A stretch of 64,000 nt of DNA from Eledone cirrhosa (Eukaryota). The notes beneath the pieces are model-generated. The model was not told where the DNA came from. It made no database searches and saw nothing but the letters and a program-made list of their open reading frames with translations. This document shows positions 37,492-52,269 of the stretch, in pieces; position 1 is the first letter of the stretch; every line of letters begins with the position of its first letter. Made by a program: the position numbers and the translations under genes. The stretch covers positions 30,008,001-30,072,000 of the forward strand of contig OZ024759.1 in the NCBI GenBank assembly GCA_964016885.1, read 5' to 3'.

Positions 37492-39120
37492 TTAACCTTT
37501 TCCTTATCATATTTCTAATGAAAGACGCTACCTACGTGTATGTCATTAACCCTTTCATTACCATCTTTCCAATGAAAGACGCTACCTATGGCATTAACCC
37601 TTTCATTAACATATTTCTAATGAAAGACGCTACCTATGTCATTAACAATTTCATTAACATATTTCTAATGAAAGACACTGTCTATGTCATTAACCATTTC
37701 ATTAACATATTTCTAATGAAAGACACTGTCTATGGCATTAACCCTTTCATTAACATATTTCTAATGAAAGACGCTACCTATGTCATTAACAATTTCATTA
37801 ACATATTTCTAATGAAAGACACTGTCTATGTCATTAACCATTTCATTAACATATTTCTAATGAAAGACACTACCTATGTCATTAACCCTTTCATTAACAT
37901 ATTTCTAATGAAAGACGCTACCTATGTCATTAACCATTTCATTAACATATTTCTAATGAAAGACACTACCTATGTCATTAACCCTTTCATTAACATATTT
38001 CTAATGAAAGACGCTACCTATGTCATTAACCATTTCATTAACATATTTCTAATGAAAGACACTGTCTATGTCATTAACCTTTTCATTAACATATTTCTAA
38101 TGAAAGACACTGTCTATGTCATTAACCCTTTCATTAACATCTTTCTAATGAAAGACACTACCTATGTCATTAACCCTTTCATTAACATATTTCTAATGAA
38201 AGACACTGTCTATGTCATTAACCCTTTCATTAACATCTTTCTAATGAAAGACACTACCTATGTCATTAACCCTTTCATTAACATCTTTCTAATGAAAGAC
38301 ACTACCTATGTCATTAACAATTTCATTTCCATATTTCTAATGAAAGACACTACCTATGTCATTAACCATTTCATTAACATATTTCTAATGAAAGACACTA
38401 CCTATGTCATTAACCCTTTCATTAACATATTTCTAATGAAAGACACTGTCTATGTCATTAACCTTTTCATTAACATCTTTCTAATGAAAGACACTACCTA
38501 TGTCATTAACCCTTTCATTAACATCTTTCTAATGAAAGACACTACCTATGTCATTAACAATTTCATTAACATATTTCTAATGAAAGACACTACCTATGTC
38601 ATTAACAATTTCATTAACATATTTCTAATGAAAGACACTACCTATGTCATTAACCCTTTCATTAACATATTTCTAATGAAAGACACTACCTATGTCATTA
38701 ACAATTTCATTAACATATTTCTAATGAAAGACGCTACCTATGTCATTAACCCTTTCATTAACATATTTCTAATGAAAGACGCTACCTATGTCATTAACCC
38801 GTTCATTAACATATTTCTAATGAAAGACACTACCTATGTCATTAACAATTTCATTAACATATTTCTAATGAAAGACGCTACCTATGTCATTAACCCTTTC
38901 ATTAACATATTTCTAATGAAAGACGCTACCTATGTCATTAACCCTTTCATTAACATATTTCTAATGAAAGACACTACCTATGTCATTAACAATTTCATTA
39001 ACATATTTCTAATGAAAGACGCTACCTATGTCATTAACAATTTCATTAACATATTTCTAATGAAAGACGCTACCCATGTCATTAACAATTTCATTACCAT
39101 ATTTCTAATGAAAGACACTA
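37492..39120. repeat. 48-bp minisatellite, about 33-34 copies
   Basis: Unit TTAACCCTTTCATTAACATATTTCTAATGAAAGACACTACCTATGTCA; gives a stop-free 575-aa ORF because 48 is a multiple of 3. Confidence 0.97.
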
Positions 39121-39289
39121 ACTGTGAAAATAATGGAAAAACTATGAAAGTTGTAAAAACCTTTCTCTACCGCCATCTCCACATTTACGTGTATTTATAT
39201 TCCCAGTCATCTAAACAACAAACGCTCCTCTTTTATTGCTTATAATAAGTTTATCACATTAGTTTTCTTCGTTTTGTTTTTATATGACA

Positions 39290-39340
<51 letters not shown>

Positions 39341-39402
39341 CGCAACTACTACTACTGCTGCTGCTGCTGATACTACTATTACTACTAATGCTGCTGCTAC
39401 TG

Positions 39403-39441
<39 letters not shown>

Positions 39442-39522
39442 ATGCTACTGCTACTACAGTTACTGCAACTACTACTACTGCTGCTGCTGCTGATACTACT
39501 ATTACTACTAATGCTGCTGCTG

Positions 39523-39577
<55 letters not shown>

Positions 39578-39630
39578 CGCAACTACTACTACTGCTGCCG
39601 CTGCTACTACTATTACTACTAATGCTACTG

Positions 39631-39669
<39 letters not shown>

Positions 39670-39750
39670 ATGCTACTGCTACTACAGTTACTGCAACTAC
39701 TACTACTGCTGCTGCTGCTGATACTACTATTACTACTAATGCTGCTGCTG

Positions 39751-39815
<65 letters not shown>

Positions 39816-39867
39816 GCTGCTGTTACTGCTGCTGCCACTACTACTACTGCTACTGCTACTACTACTA
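39290..39867. repeat. (CTA/CTG)n microsatellite with internal block duplications
   Basis: Direct reading. Confidence 0.95.
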
Positions 39868-39927
39868 AGAATAACATAGTAGTATGTGGGTTTTCGCTGA
39901 GGGTTTTAGGCACCCATGTAGTAGGGA

Positions 39928-40047
39928 GAGGCGACGAATTGGCAGAGTCGGTAGAGCATCTGATAGAATCCTGAGCTTAAATCCTGTCATGGACGACTTT
40001 CAGGGTCGATGAAAAAAATACCAGTCGTCTGGTACTAGGGTCGATTC
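39928..40047 (+). mobile_element. Decayed SINE family A
   Basis: GAATTGGCAGAGTCGGTAGAG...GGGTCGATGAAAAAAATACCAG. Confidence 0.7.
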
Positions 40048-40054
40048 TTCTTCT

Positions 40055-41243
40055 ATGTGTGTTGGTGTGTCGGTGTGTGTGTGTGTGTGTGTGTCTATGT
40101 GTGTTTGTATGTGTATGTGTGTCAGTGTGTGTGTTGGTGTGTCGGTGTGTGTGTGTGTGTGTCTATGTGTGTTTGTATGTGTATGTGTGTGTATGTGTGT
40201 GTCTGTGTGTGTGTATGTGTGTTTGTATGTGTGTGTATTTGTATATGTGTGTGTCTGTATGTATGTGTGTGTGTATGTGTGTTTGTATGTGTGTGTCTGT
40301 GTGTGTGTGTATATGTGAATATGTGTATGTATGTATGTCTGTGTGTGTGTATATGTGTTTGTATGTGTGTGTATGTGAGTGTGTCTGTGTATATGTATGT
40401 GTATGTGTGTATATGTGAATATGTGTGTGTATGTATGTCTGTGTATGTTTGTCTGTGTGTTTGTATGTGTGTCTATGTGAGTGTGTCTGTGTATATGTAT
40501 GTGTATGTGTGTATATGTGAATATGTGTGTGTATGTTTGTCTCTGTGTGTGTATTTGGGTTTGTATGTGTGTGTATGTGAGTGTGTCTGTGTATATGTAT
40601 GTGTATGTGTGTATATGTGAATATGTGTGTGTATGTTTGTCTCTGTGTGTGTATTTGGGTTTGTATGTGTGTGTATGTGAGTGTGTCTGTGTATATGTAT
40701 GTGTATGTGTGTATATGTGAATATGTGTGTGTATGTATGTCTGTGTGTGTGTATTTGTTTGTATGTGTGTGTATGTGAGTGTGTCTGTGTATATGTATGT
40801 GTATGTGTGTATATGTGAATATGTGTGTGTATGTTTGTCTGTGTGTGTGTATATGTGTTTGTATGTGTGTGTATGTGTGTGTATGTGAGTGTGTCTGTGT
40901 ATATGTATGTGTATGTGTGTATATGTGAATATGTGTGTGTATGTATGTCTGTGTGTTTGTATGTGTGTCTATGTGAGTGTGTCTGTGTATATGTATGTGT
41001 ATGTGTGTATATGTGAATATGTGTGTGTATGTATGTCTGTGTATGTTTGTCTGTGTGTTTGTATGTGTGTCTGTGTATATGTATGTGTATGTGTGTATAT
41101 GTGTCCGTGTGTGTGTATGTATGTCTGTGTATGTGTGTGTATATATGTATGTGTGTATATGTGTCCGTGTGTGTGTATATGTGTCCGTGTGTGTGTATGT
41201 ATGTGTGTATATATGTATGTATATATGTGTCCGTGTGTGTATA
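40055..41243. repeat. Degenerate (TG/TATG) array with ~100-bp block repeats
   Basis: Direct reading. Confidence 0.95.
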
Positions 41244-41381
41244 TTTCACCTTTTTCTGATTGTCATTTTTGTCACTTCTTATTAAGTTGTTGAATCGTTG
41301 ATTAAATTGCGATGGAAATTTCATTTCCGTTCCTATGTTTATTGGGTTAATTGCTTTGTGATGTTTTAACACACAAACACT

Positions 41382-42660
41382 ACTGCTGTTGTTACTGTTG
41401 CTGTTACTGTTGTTGTTGTTACTGTTGTTGTTGTTACTGTTGTTGTTGTTACTGTTGTTGTTGCTGTTGTTGTTGTTACTGTTGTTGTTACTGTTGCTGT
41501 TACTGTTGTTGCTGTTACTGTTGTTGTTGTTACTGTTGCTGTTACTGTTGTTGTTGTTGCTGTTGCTGTTACTGTTGTTGTTGCTGTTGTTACTGTTGTT
41601 GTTACTGTTGTTGTTGCTGTTGTTGTTACTGTTGCTGTTACTGTTGTTGCTTTTACTGTTGTTGTTGTTACTGTTGCTGTTGTTGTTGTTGCTATTGTTG
41701 TTGTTATTGTTGTTGTTGTTGCTGTTGTTGTTGCTGTTTTTGTTGTTACTGTTGTTGTTGTTGCTGTTGTTGTTGTTACTGTTGTTGCTGTTACTGTTGT
41801 TGTTGCTGTTGTTGTTGTTACTGTTGTTGTTACTGTTGTTGTTGCTGTTGTTGCTGTTACTGTTGTTGTTGTTACTGTTGCTGTTACTGTTGTTGTTGTT
41901 GCTGTTGTTGCTGTTGTTGTTGTTGCTGTTGTTGTTGTTATTGTTGTTACTGTTGCTGTTACTGTTGTTGTTATTGCTGTTGTTACTGTTGCTGTTGTTG
42001 TTACTGTTGCTGTTGTTGTTACTGTTGTTACTGTTGTTGTTGTTGCTGTTGTTACTGTTGTTGTTGTTACTGTTGTTGTTACTGTTGCTGTTGTTGTTGC
42101 TGTTGTTGTTGTTACTGTTGTTGCTCTTGTTGTTGTTGTTACTGTTGTTGTTGTTGCTGTTGTTACTGTTGTTGTTGCTGTTGTTGTTGTTACTGTTGCT
42201 GTTGTTGTTACTGTTGCTGTTGTTGTTGCTGTTGTTGCTGTTGCTGTTGTTGTTACTGTTGTTGTTGTTGCTCTTGTTGTTGTTGTTACTGTTGTTGTTG
42301 TTGTTACTGCTGTTGTTGTTGTTACTAATGTTGTTACTGTTGTTGTTGTTGGTGTTGTTATTATTATCATTATTGTTGTTGTTACTGTTGTTGTGACTGT
42401 TGTTGTTACTGTTGTTGTTACTGTTGTTGTTACTGTTGCTGTGACTGTTGTTGTTGTTGTTACTGTTACTGTTGTTGTGACTGTTGTTTTTACTGTTGTT
42501 GTGACTGTTGTTGTGACTGTTGTTATTACTGTTGTTGTTACCGTTGTTGTTGTTACTGTTGTTGTTGTTGTTTTTATTGTTGTTATGACTGTTGTTGTTA
42601 CTGTTGTTGTTACTACTGTTGTTGGTATTGTTGTGTTGTTGCAGATTCTGCTGTTGTTTT
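41382..42660. repeat. (GTT/ACT/GCT)n microsatellite
   Basis: Source of the poly-C/L/T/V ORFs. Confidence 0.95.
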
Positions 42661-42759
42661 TGTGTTGTTATTTTATGATTATATCGTTTATTTATTAATA
42701 TTTTTTGTTTTGGGTTCGTTTTGATTATGGAGAGTCAAATATCTTATGAGTGTATGTAC

Positions 42760-42802
<43 letters not shown>

Positions 42803-42803
42803 C

Positions 42804-42860
<57 letters not shown>

Positions 42861-42875
42861 CATACATATATATAT

Positions 42876-42911
<36 letters not shown>

Positions 42912-42915
42912 TTAG

Positions 42916-43127
42916 CGATCGACTTTCGTCAAATCGGACCGAGAGAACAATGTTTCCGTTGGTCTTTCCAATTGCTAATACTATCTATCGGTCGCAACTC
43001 CAGGTAGAAGGAGCAACGTGAAATAAAGTGTCTTGCTCAAGGACATAACGCATCGCCCGGTCCAGGAATCGAACTCACAACCTTACGACTGCGAATCCAA
43101 TTCTCTAACCACTCAGCCACACGCCTT

Positions 43128-43128
<1 letters not shown>
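42916..43128 (-). mobile_element. Full-length CORE-type SINE family B
   Basis: Reverse complement of 12051-12265; TA flanks. Confidence 0.92.
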
Positions 43129-43178
<50 letters not shown>

Positions 43179-43519
43179 TTACATATATATATAACACCTA
43201 TAGAGGGGGACGGTGGGAAAGTTTTCCCTTTGAAAGTGGTTGATGACATAAAAAAAAGGGTTGGGGGCCCTGTTTTAGCCGATTGCGGCGTTTTTTTTTA
43301 TTTCTAGATCTTGGTACTTTGACAGTTTTTCCAGTGTTTTTCCAGTTTATTATTATTTTTCCAAACAGGACGGTGGATTGGCAGAATCGGTAGATCAGTC
43401 GAAATTAGATTTTTTTCCGCCGGCGTCTTTAATGATGTAAATTATCAAACTTAGAGAAAATTATAACGTAGTTTCCTTTACTTTTCCCATCGTTGTTATT
43501 CAGTTTATATCGACTTAAT

Positions 43520-43830
43520 GGTTTTATATTGGTTATATATTCGTTTTACATTCGTTTTATATTCGTTTTATATTGATTTTATATTGGTTTTATATTGGTT
43601 TTATATTTTATATTGGTTTTATATTAATTTTATATTGATTTTATATTGATTTTATATTGGTTTTATATTTATTAATTTTATATTGATTTTATATTGATTT
43701 TATATTGGTTTTATTTTTATTGATTTTATATTGTTTTATATTGGTTTTATATTGATTTTATATTGGTTTTATATTGGTTTTAATATTTTATATTGGTTTT
43801 AAACCAATATAAAACCAATATAAAATCAAT
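43520..43830. repeat. 11-bp minisatellite (TATTGRTTTTA)n with terminal inverted units
   Basis: Last ~30 bp (AAACCAATATAAAACCAATATAAAATCAATA) are reverse-complement units. Confidence 0.9.
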
Positions 43831-43859
43831 AGACGTTCCGAGGGGAGGAATTACGTACG

Positions 43860-43975
43860 TGGTGAATCGGCAGTATCGGTAGAGTATCAGACACCATGCT
43901 TCACAGCATAGAATTATGGCGCTTTACGTTCTGAGTTCAAATCCCGCCGAGGTTTGCTTTGTCTCTCATCCTTCC
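43860..43975 (+). mobile_element. SINE family A 5' part
   Basis: GGCAGTATCGGTAGAG...GAGTTCAAATCCCGCCGAGG. Confidence 0.8.
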
Positions 43976-44574
43976 GTTCATCGAACAACTGAGACGATAC
44001 TCGTCGAAATTGACGGAGGTCCATTCCTTAAGGTAAGACCTTGTCGAGCGGAAGAACTACGCTCGTGTATTATTATTTTCCAGGTTATAATTTCACTAGC
44101 AGGCTGTTTCGTTCAACGAACAACTGAGACGATTCTCGTCGAAATTGACGGAGGTCCAGTCCTTAAGGTAAGACATTGTCGTGAGGGAGAGGAACTACGT
44201 TCGTGTATTTTCAACAAGTGACACTGAAAAATCGGTAGATCAATCGAAATTAGATTTTTTTCTGCCGGCGTCTTTAATGATGTAAATTATCAAACTTAAA
44301 GAAAATTATAACGTAGTTTCCTTTACTTTTCCCATCGTTGTTATTCAGTTTATATCGACTTCAGTTTATAACAGTTTATATCTGCACTTCGCTTCTCCTA
44401 CCTTAGGGGAAATGTGTAAGAACTTGTAGTTAAAATAAACTGTGACAATTTCATTTGATTCGAGTTAAACATTTTGAAATATTTTTTCTTTCTTAATGAA
44501 ATATTCAATTTAGTAAAATTTAATTTGTTTTGTAAACTTCCAGTGTATAAAACTGTTATTTATCATCAGCGTTT

Positions 44575-44685
<111 letters not shown>

Positions 44686-44800
44686 ATAAATATATATATA
44701 TATATATGTATGCATATATATATGTATCTATGTTTGTATATATATATATATATATATATATAAATATATATATATGTATGTATATATGTATGTACGTATG

Positions 44801-44846
<46 letters not shown>

Positions 44847-44881
44847 TATACATATATATGTATGTCTATATATATAATATA

Positions 44882-44910
44882 CTAGCAGAATGGCCCGGCG
44901 TAGCTCGGGA
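44882..44910 (-). mobile_element. Helitron 3' terminus
   Basis: Minus strand CCCGAGC-TAC-GCCGGG GC-rich hairpin, 8 nt, then CTAG followed by T. Confidence 0.65.
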
Positions 44911-45027
44911 TTCTAAACATAGATTGGCATGTTTATCCCTCCTCTCTGAAACAGTTTCGCCGTATGTACACCAATTGATGCAGAAGTCCTAAAAAGTGAA
45001 GTCGCCTTGGGTGAATAGGCAAAACTT

Positions 45028-45100
45028 GTCGAGTGCTCTGAATCAGTTATAAACATTTATATTTTGTTGAATTACCAACAAATTGAATATCCCTTTTTCT
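45028..45100 (+). mobile_element. Tail fragment of the fold-back family at 51148-51460
   Basis: GTCGAGTGCTCTGAATCAGTTATAAACATTTAT...GAATATCCCTT, near-identical to 51388-51455; ends at (TA)n. Confidence 0.75.
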
Positions 45101-45131
<31 letters not shown>

Positions 45132-45458
45132 GTATATATATGTATATATATGTATATATATATGTATATATATGTATATGTATATATATATGTATATATA
45201 TACATAATATCTATGTATATATATGTATATATATATATAAATATATACATAATATATATGTATATATATATATCCATAATATATATGTATATATATGTAT
45301 TTACATATATATACATAATATATATGGTAATAATATAATATATATGTATATATATACATATACATTATATATATACATACATAATATATATATATATACA
45401 TAATATATATATATAATATATACATAATATATATGTATATATATATAAACATATATAC

Positions 45459-45506
<48 letters not shown>

Positions 45507-45519
45507 TATACATAATATA

Positions 45520-45593
<74 letters not shown>

Positions 45594-45630
45594 ATATATA
45601 TATGTGTATATATATATATACATATATATA
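45101..45630. repeat. (TA)n degenerate microsatellite
   Basis: Direct reading. Confidence 0.95.
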
Positions 45631-45878
45631 TGTTTTTAATAATATACAAGGAAATATTGAGATATTTAGTGTGCATGTATGGTGGGTGGTGTACGATTAA
45701 ATAAGACAAGATAAACCCAATTCTAAAGGCAAGGAATTGGTAAAGTCTTTAACACATCAAATAAGAGAATACTTTGCAATATTACTTTCGATTCTCTACT
45801 TTCTCGGTTCAAATCCCACCTCGGTCAACTTTGCCTTTCATTCTTTCGAGGTCAATAAATAGTATACAGTTTATAGCA

Positions 45879-46290
45879 ATAATTATTTCTACCTTTGGCA
45901 CAAGGCCAGAAATTACCCAGTACATTATTGATACTTTATTTTATCGACCCCGTAAGGATGAAAGCCAAAGTTAACATCGGGGGGGATTTGAACTCAGACC
46001 ATAAAGGGCGATAACTCTATACTGAAACATGGCGTCCCACTCTCTACCGATACGGCCAATACACAAATATATACTAATTTCCTCGGCGGGATTTTGAACT
46101 CATAATAATTGTTTCTACTTTTAGCACAAGGCCAGCAATTACCCAGTGCATTACTGGTACATTATTTTATCGAACCCGTAAGGATGAAAGCCAAAGTTAA
46201 CATCGCTGAGATTTGAACTCAGATCATAAAGGGCGGTAACTCTATAATGAAACATGGCGTCCCACTCTCTACGATACGGCTATTACACAA
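45879..46290 (-). mobile_element. Two tandem SINE family A copies (local duplication)
   Basis: Both followed by ACACAAATATATACTAATTTCC. Confidence 0.85.
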
Positions 46291-46530
46291 ATATATACTA
46301 ATTTCCACAGTTTGAAACTACTAAACCTTATATTTTGTATCATAGTTTATATAATAACTGTTTCTGATTTAGGTACCAGACCAACAATATTGGAGGTAGG
46401 CGAAAGTCAATTACATCTACCCTAGTGCATTTCTGGTACTTTATTTTATCGAAACACTGAAGTTATATTTCCATGGGTCTTTTTATTGCTGATACTATCT
46501 GTGTCGGTCACAACTCCAGTTAAATGTATA

Positions 46531-46958
46531 TAGGAGGGTAGGCGGAAAAGTTCATAGACTGACTGTGAAGGTGTGATACTAGGGCTGTGAAATTTTGCAT
46601 GCATTAAATCTAGTTCTTCTTATTAATAACTGCATTGTTCCTTCATGGGGACTATGTTGAAAAAATAAACCTCATTTGGTCATTCCATGAGAGTATGTTC
46701 ATAAGCCTACAAACACTTCAGCCTATTTCAAATCTTCTTATTAATAACTGCATTGCTTCTTTCCAGGGACTATGTTGAACAAATAAACCTGATTTGGTCA
46801 GTTCATGAGAGTCTCTTGGTCGGCCTTTGAAGTCTTCAGCCTATTTCAACTTTTCTTATTAATAACTCCATTCTTTCTTTCTAGGGAGAAAAAAATAAAC
46901 CGAATCTTTCCGTGAGAGTATCTTCGTCAGCCTATGAATTTTTCAAGCAACACTTGTA
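46531..46958. mobile_element. Mariner-like MITE with internal ~120-bp tandem triplication
   Basis: Left TA-GGAGGGTAGGCGGAAAAGTTCATAGACTGAC versus right GTCAGCCTATGAATTTTTCAAGCAACACTTG-TA; TTCTTATTAATAACT recurs three times inside. Confidence 0.65.
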
Positions 46959-47611
46959 TATACATAGCATGGATTAAGTCATTCTATTTAAAAAAAAAAC
47001 CCACTCTGTTGACGAATAAGAGGCCGTCTCGTTGATAAAATTTGCATAGGAATTTTCGGGAAAAAATAAATAATTAAATATTACAATTTTGCAAGAGTAA
47101 ACACGAAAGAAATATACTTCATTCTTGCACAAATATTTCTCATAGACTTGTCTAAGACGAAGAGAAAAAAAGATAAATTTACACAGTAATTCTTCGGCAG
47201 CCATCTTTTTACAATGTTTTTTAACAACTTTCATAGAATTAACGTCACATAATGGTACATCTGCGTATATTTCTATAAAAACATACACACGGCCTTCTCA
47301 CTCTATATCTCTAGTTCTTTAGAATATATACATACATATATATATATATATATATGTATACATACACATACATATACACACACATGCATACATATATTTC
47401 TTCATACATATATATTTTTATTCATTACACTAGCTATATCTACTTACCTGTGTGTGTATATACATATATATACGTAGTGTATATATATATATATAGTATA
47501 TAAATATATATAGTATATATATAGTATATATATATATATAGTATATATATATATATTTATGCATATATATATGCATATATTCATATAATTATATTTATAT
47601 ATATCTATACA

Positions 47612-47701
<90 letters not shown>

Positions 47702-48021
47702 CACACACATATAAATATGAAGTGCAGGAGAGAAATAGAGAGATAGTGAATAAGAGATCGATAGATATATGAATATTAAATATGTGCGCACATAAATTTT
47801 GAAGTGTTATTTATGTAGATTAAATATCATATAACGTGTGTATATATACGAAACATCTGCAGCATTAAACATTTCCATACGCACATGTACACATATGCGC
47901 AGTGTGTATATATATATACACATATATACATACAGATAAATATATATGCATATATATATATATATATACATAGATACATACATGCATATATAAAAACCTA
48001 TATACATACCATACATATATA

Positions 48022-48083
<62 letters not shown>

Positions 48084-48189
48084 CATGTATAAACGACCTC
48101 TTCTACATGTATAAACGTATATATAGATAGATACATATATACATACATGCATATATAAAAACATATATACATACCATACGTATATAAAC

Positions 48190-48220
<31 letters not shown>

Positions 48221-48254
48221 ATATATATATATCTGTCCCTCTCTCTCTATATAT

Positions 48255-48746
48255 ATATTTATTAAAATAACAGATTAAAGTGTAAGCAAAGAATCGCTGC
48301 TTTCACCCTTAAGGGTGAAAGCAGCGATTCTTTGCTTACACTTTAATCTGTTATTTTAATAAATATATATATAGAGAGAGACAGAGACAGATATATATAT
48401 ATATATAATATATATATATATATATGTTTATATATGTATGGTATGTATATATGTATATATATATATATATGTATGGTATGTATATATATATATATATATG
48501 TTTATATATGTATGGTATGTATATATGTATGGTATGTATATATGTTTTTATATATGCATGTATGTATATATGTATCTATCTATATATACGTTTCACCCTT
48601 AAGAGTGAAAGCAGCGATTCCTTGCTTAAACTTTACTCTGTTATTTTAATAAATATTTGCTCTACGGTTCCTATATATTTGATATATATTTATCCTTATC
48701 GAGCCCTCTTTGGATTTTAGTCTTCAAATTTATTATTATTACTATA
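48255..48746 (+). mobile_element. PLE-like fold-back element with secondary inverted duplication
   Basis: Perfect palindrome centred on CCCTT/AAGGG at 48310/48311; second right arm plus tail (GAGCCCTCT) at 48591-48746. Confidence 0.75.
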
Positions 48747-48803
48747 TAACTTTACTCGTTTTATTAATATAATCGTCTATACACAATCATACACACCCGT
48801 GTA

Positions 48804-48859
<56 letters not shown>

Positions 48860-49098
48860 TACATGTAGAAACGACATTTTCTACATGTGTAAACGTATAC
48901 ATATATATAAACATATATACATACATAGATATATATATATACATACATAGACATATACACATACATATATATACACACACACATAGACATATACACATAC
49001 ATATATATACACACACACACATATATATACACACACACACACATAGACACATACATATATATACACACACATACATAGACATATACACATACATATAT

Positions 49099-49151
<53 letters not shown>

Positions 49152-49203
49152 GACAGGGGGGAAGAAAAAATGGCTTCACTTGTGCTTTCAACAAATTTAT
49201 TTT

Positions 49204-49249
<46 letters not shown>

Positions 49250-49810
49250 ACGCACATGTATATATACGTGTGTTTATGCTAACCTGTTTCTTTGCTAATA
49301 CAATTAATATATATACATTTTAAAAGTAATATCATTATGAATACAAAAAGAAGCGTGATTTGATTCGGGTTCTTTTACTTGCAAAGCAAAATTTTATGGA
49401 ATATAAAAATAATATTATACACTACACACAATATATAGATGTATATAGTGCGTACTGAGCATATTTTATATTCGTACGTAATTCAAGTGTATATATGCAT
49501 ATAATTCAAGTGTATATAATATATAGTGCTTCATTCAGTAGTATATATACAATAATTACATCCATTCATAGAATCATTCCAATGTCAGATAGAATGATTC
49601 GTGGTATTTGCTCTGGCGTTCTTTGCTCCCTGAGTTCAACTCTCGCCGAGGTCAACTGTGCCTCTCGTCTTTACGAGAGCGATAAATAATGTACTATTAA
49701 ATATGGGGGGTTGGTTCTTCCCCAATATCTCTTTCTCATTTGCTTTCTGCACCCCCTTCATCTCTCTTTCAATCTTTCCACCTCTCTCGGAGATCGACTG
49801 TGGGGGGCCC

Positions 49811-49910
<100 letters not shown>

Positions 49911-49911
49911 C

Positions 49912-50114
49912 TTAATTAGAGAGTGAACAACACAATATATAACCGCTCTGTCTGATCGTCTGATGAGCGAACTAGACGTATTTTAACATTGTCTGGGGTC
50001 CTGAAACCTTTGGTAATGGAGTAGTTATATATTGTGTTGTTCACTTCCTAATTAAATAGCTCTGTTTTATACATAGAGCACTCTTTTTCCTTTGCTTTTT
50101 CTTCAGAAATACTT

Positions 50115-50118
<4 letters not shown>
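49912..50118 (+). mobile_element. PLE-like fold-back element with hammerhead motif
   Basis: Inverted arms 49912-49943 / 50024-50055; tail with AGAGCACTCT (also seen reversed at 36729-36782); TA flanks. Confidence 0.75.
49956..50019 (+). ncRNA. Type I hammerhead motif, extended stem II
   Basis: TCGT-CTGATGA-..CTAGAC..GTCTGG..-GAA-ACC-TTT-GGT-A-ATGG; stem I weak (G-U rich). Confidence 0.6.
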
Positions 50119-50176
<58 letters not shown>

Positions 50177-50287
50177 AATTACAATAATCAAAGTTCAGTT
50201 TAAATCATTTATTTGCTTACAATTGTTTTCTCCAAACCGAGGTTTGGATTTTTCGGAGCAACTATTTAGTGATTTTTTACATACTTA

Positions 50288-51143
<856 letters not shown>

Positions 51144-51147
51144 ACCA

Positions 51148-51459
51148 CGATATTAAATAAATGGAAACTATATTTATAAAACCATATTTATTCTATTATA
51201 TATATTTCAAGGGTACCACAATTTTGGTACGCTTTCATCAGATAAAATACGAAGTGTGTTTTATAAATTTTGACATAACCAAGGAGAATATACCTTAACG
51301 GTTGAAGTTTTCCTTGAAATATATGTAGTAGAATAAATATAGTTTCCATTTATTTAATTTCATTGAATATTATACTCCAGAAAATCTGTCGAGTGCTCTG
51401 AATCAGTTATAAACATTTATATTTGTTGAATTACCAACAAATTGAATATCCCTTCTGCT

Positions 51460-51460
<1 letters not shown>
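51148..51460 (+). mobile_element. PLE-like fold-back element with hammerhead motif
   Basis: Inverted arms ~51152-51212 / 51312-51358; tail with GAGTGCTCT; TA flanks. Confidence 0.78.
51189..51249 (-). ncRNA. Type I hammerhead motif
   Basis: TATTTTAT-CTGATGA-AAGCGTACC-aaaattgt-GGTACCCTT-GAA-AT-ATAT-AT-A-ATAGAATA; palindromic stem III loop. Confidence 0.72.
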
Positions 51461-51516
<56 letters not shown>

Positions 51517-51526
51517 GGCCCTTCTG

Positions 51527-51587
<61 letters not shown>

Positions 51588-51897
51588 TGAGAGAGGTAGA
51601 TAGATAGAGAGAGAGAAATAGAGAGAGAGAGAGAGAGAGAGAGAAAGGGAGAGAAAGATGGAGAGAGTGTGTGTGTGTGTGTTGTCAAGTGAAGGGACCT
51701 GGTTTAATCCTTAAAGGTATTTGTAAGGTTGTAAGGTTGCGTGTTCAACTTCCGGTGGTCACCTATATCCTTGAACAATACACTCTACTCTATGTTGTTG
51801 CAGTTTATTTACTGATATCTTAGACAATAAAACTACATGTCTCTTCTTGTTTGGTTCTTGTATCCAATATAAACGTGTCTGTGTATGGAAATATATT

Positions 51898-51976
<79 letters not shown>

Positions 51977-52134
51977 GTAAGTATGTTTTGAAACAGTGAG
52001 CAGGTTTGAAATTAGAAAATAGAATAGCTTTCACCGTATTTTTGGCTAAAGGAATGTTAGCCTGTTAATGGGGTTTAGAACCCTCAGATAAATGGAAAAA
52101 GATGTGTATTGACGTACATGTACGTCAATACTCA

Positions 52135-52165
<31 letters not shown>

Positions 52166-52216
52166 GTATCTATATATATACATGTATATATATATATATT
52201 GGAAAACTAAATAACT

Positions 52217-52269
<53 letters not shown>

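Noticed and set aside
37492-39120. CRISPR array or tandem hammerhead (CTAATGA) satellite
   Set aside because: No unique spacers, eukaryotic context, no cas genes; no properly placed GAAA or stems for a hammerhead
37518-39245. 575-aa repeat protein (MKDTTYVINPFINIFL)n
   Set aside because: Open only because the 48-bp unit is a multiple of 3; the unit matches a MITE end
41351-42328. Cys-rich metallothionein/keratin-associated-like ORF
   Set aside because: One frame of a (GTT)n microsatellite; other frames equally open
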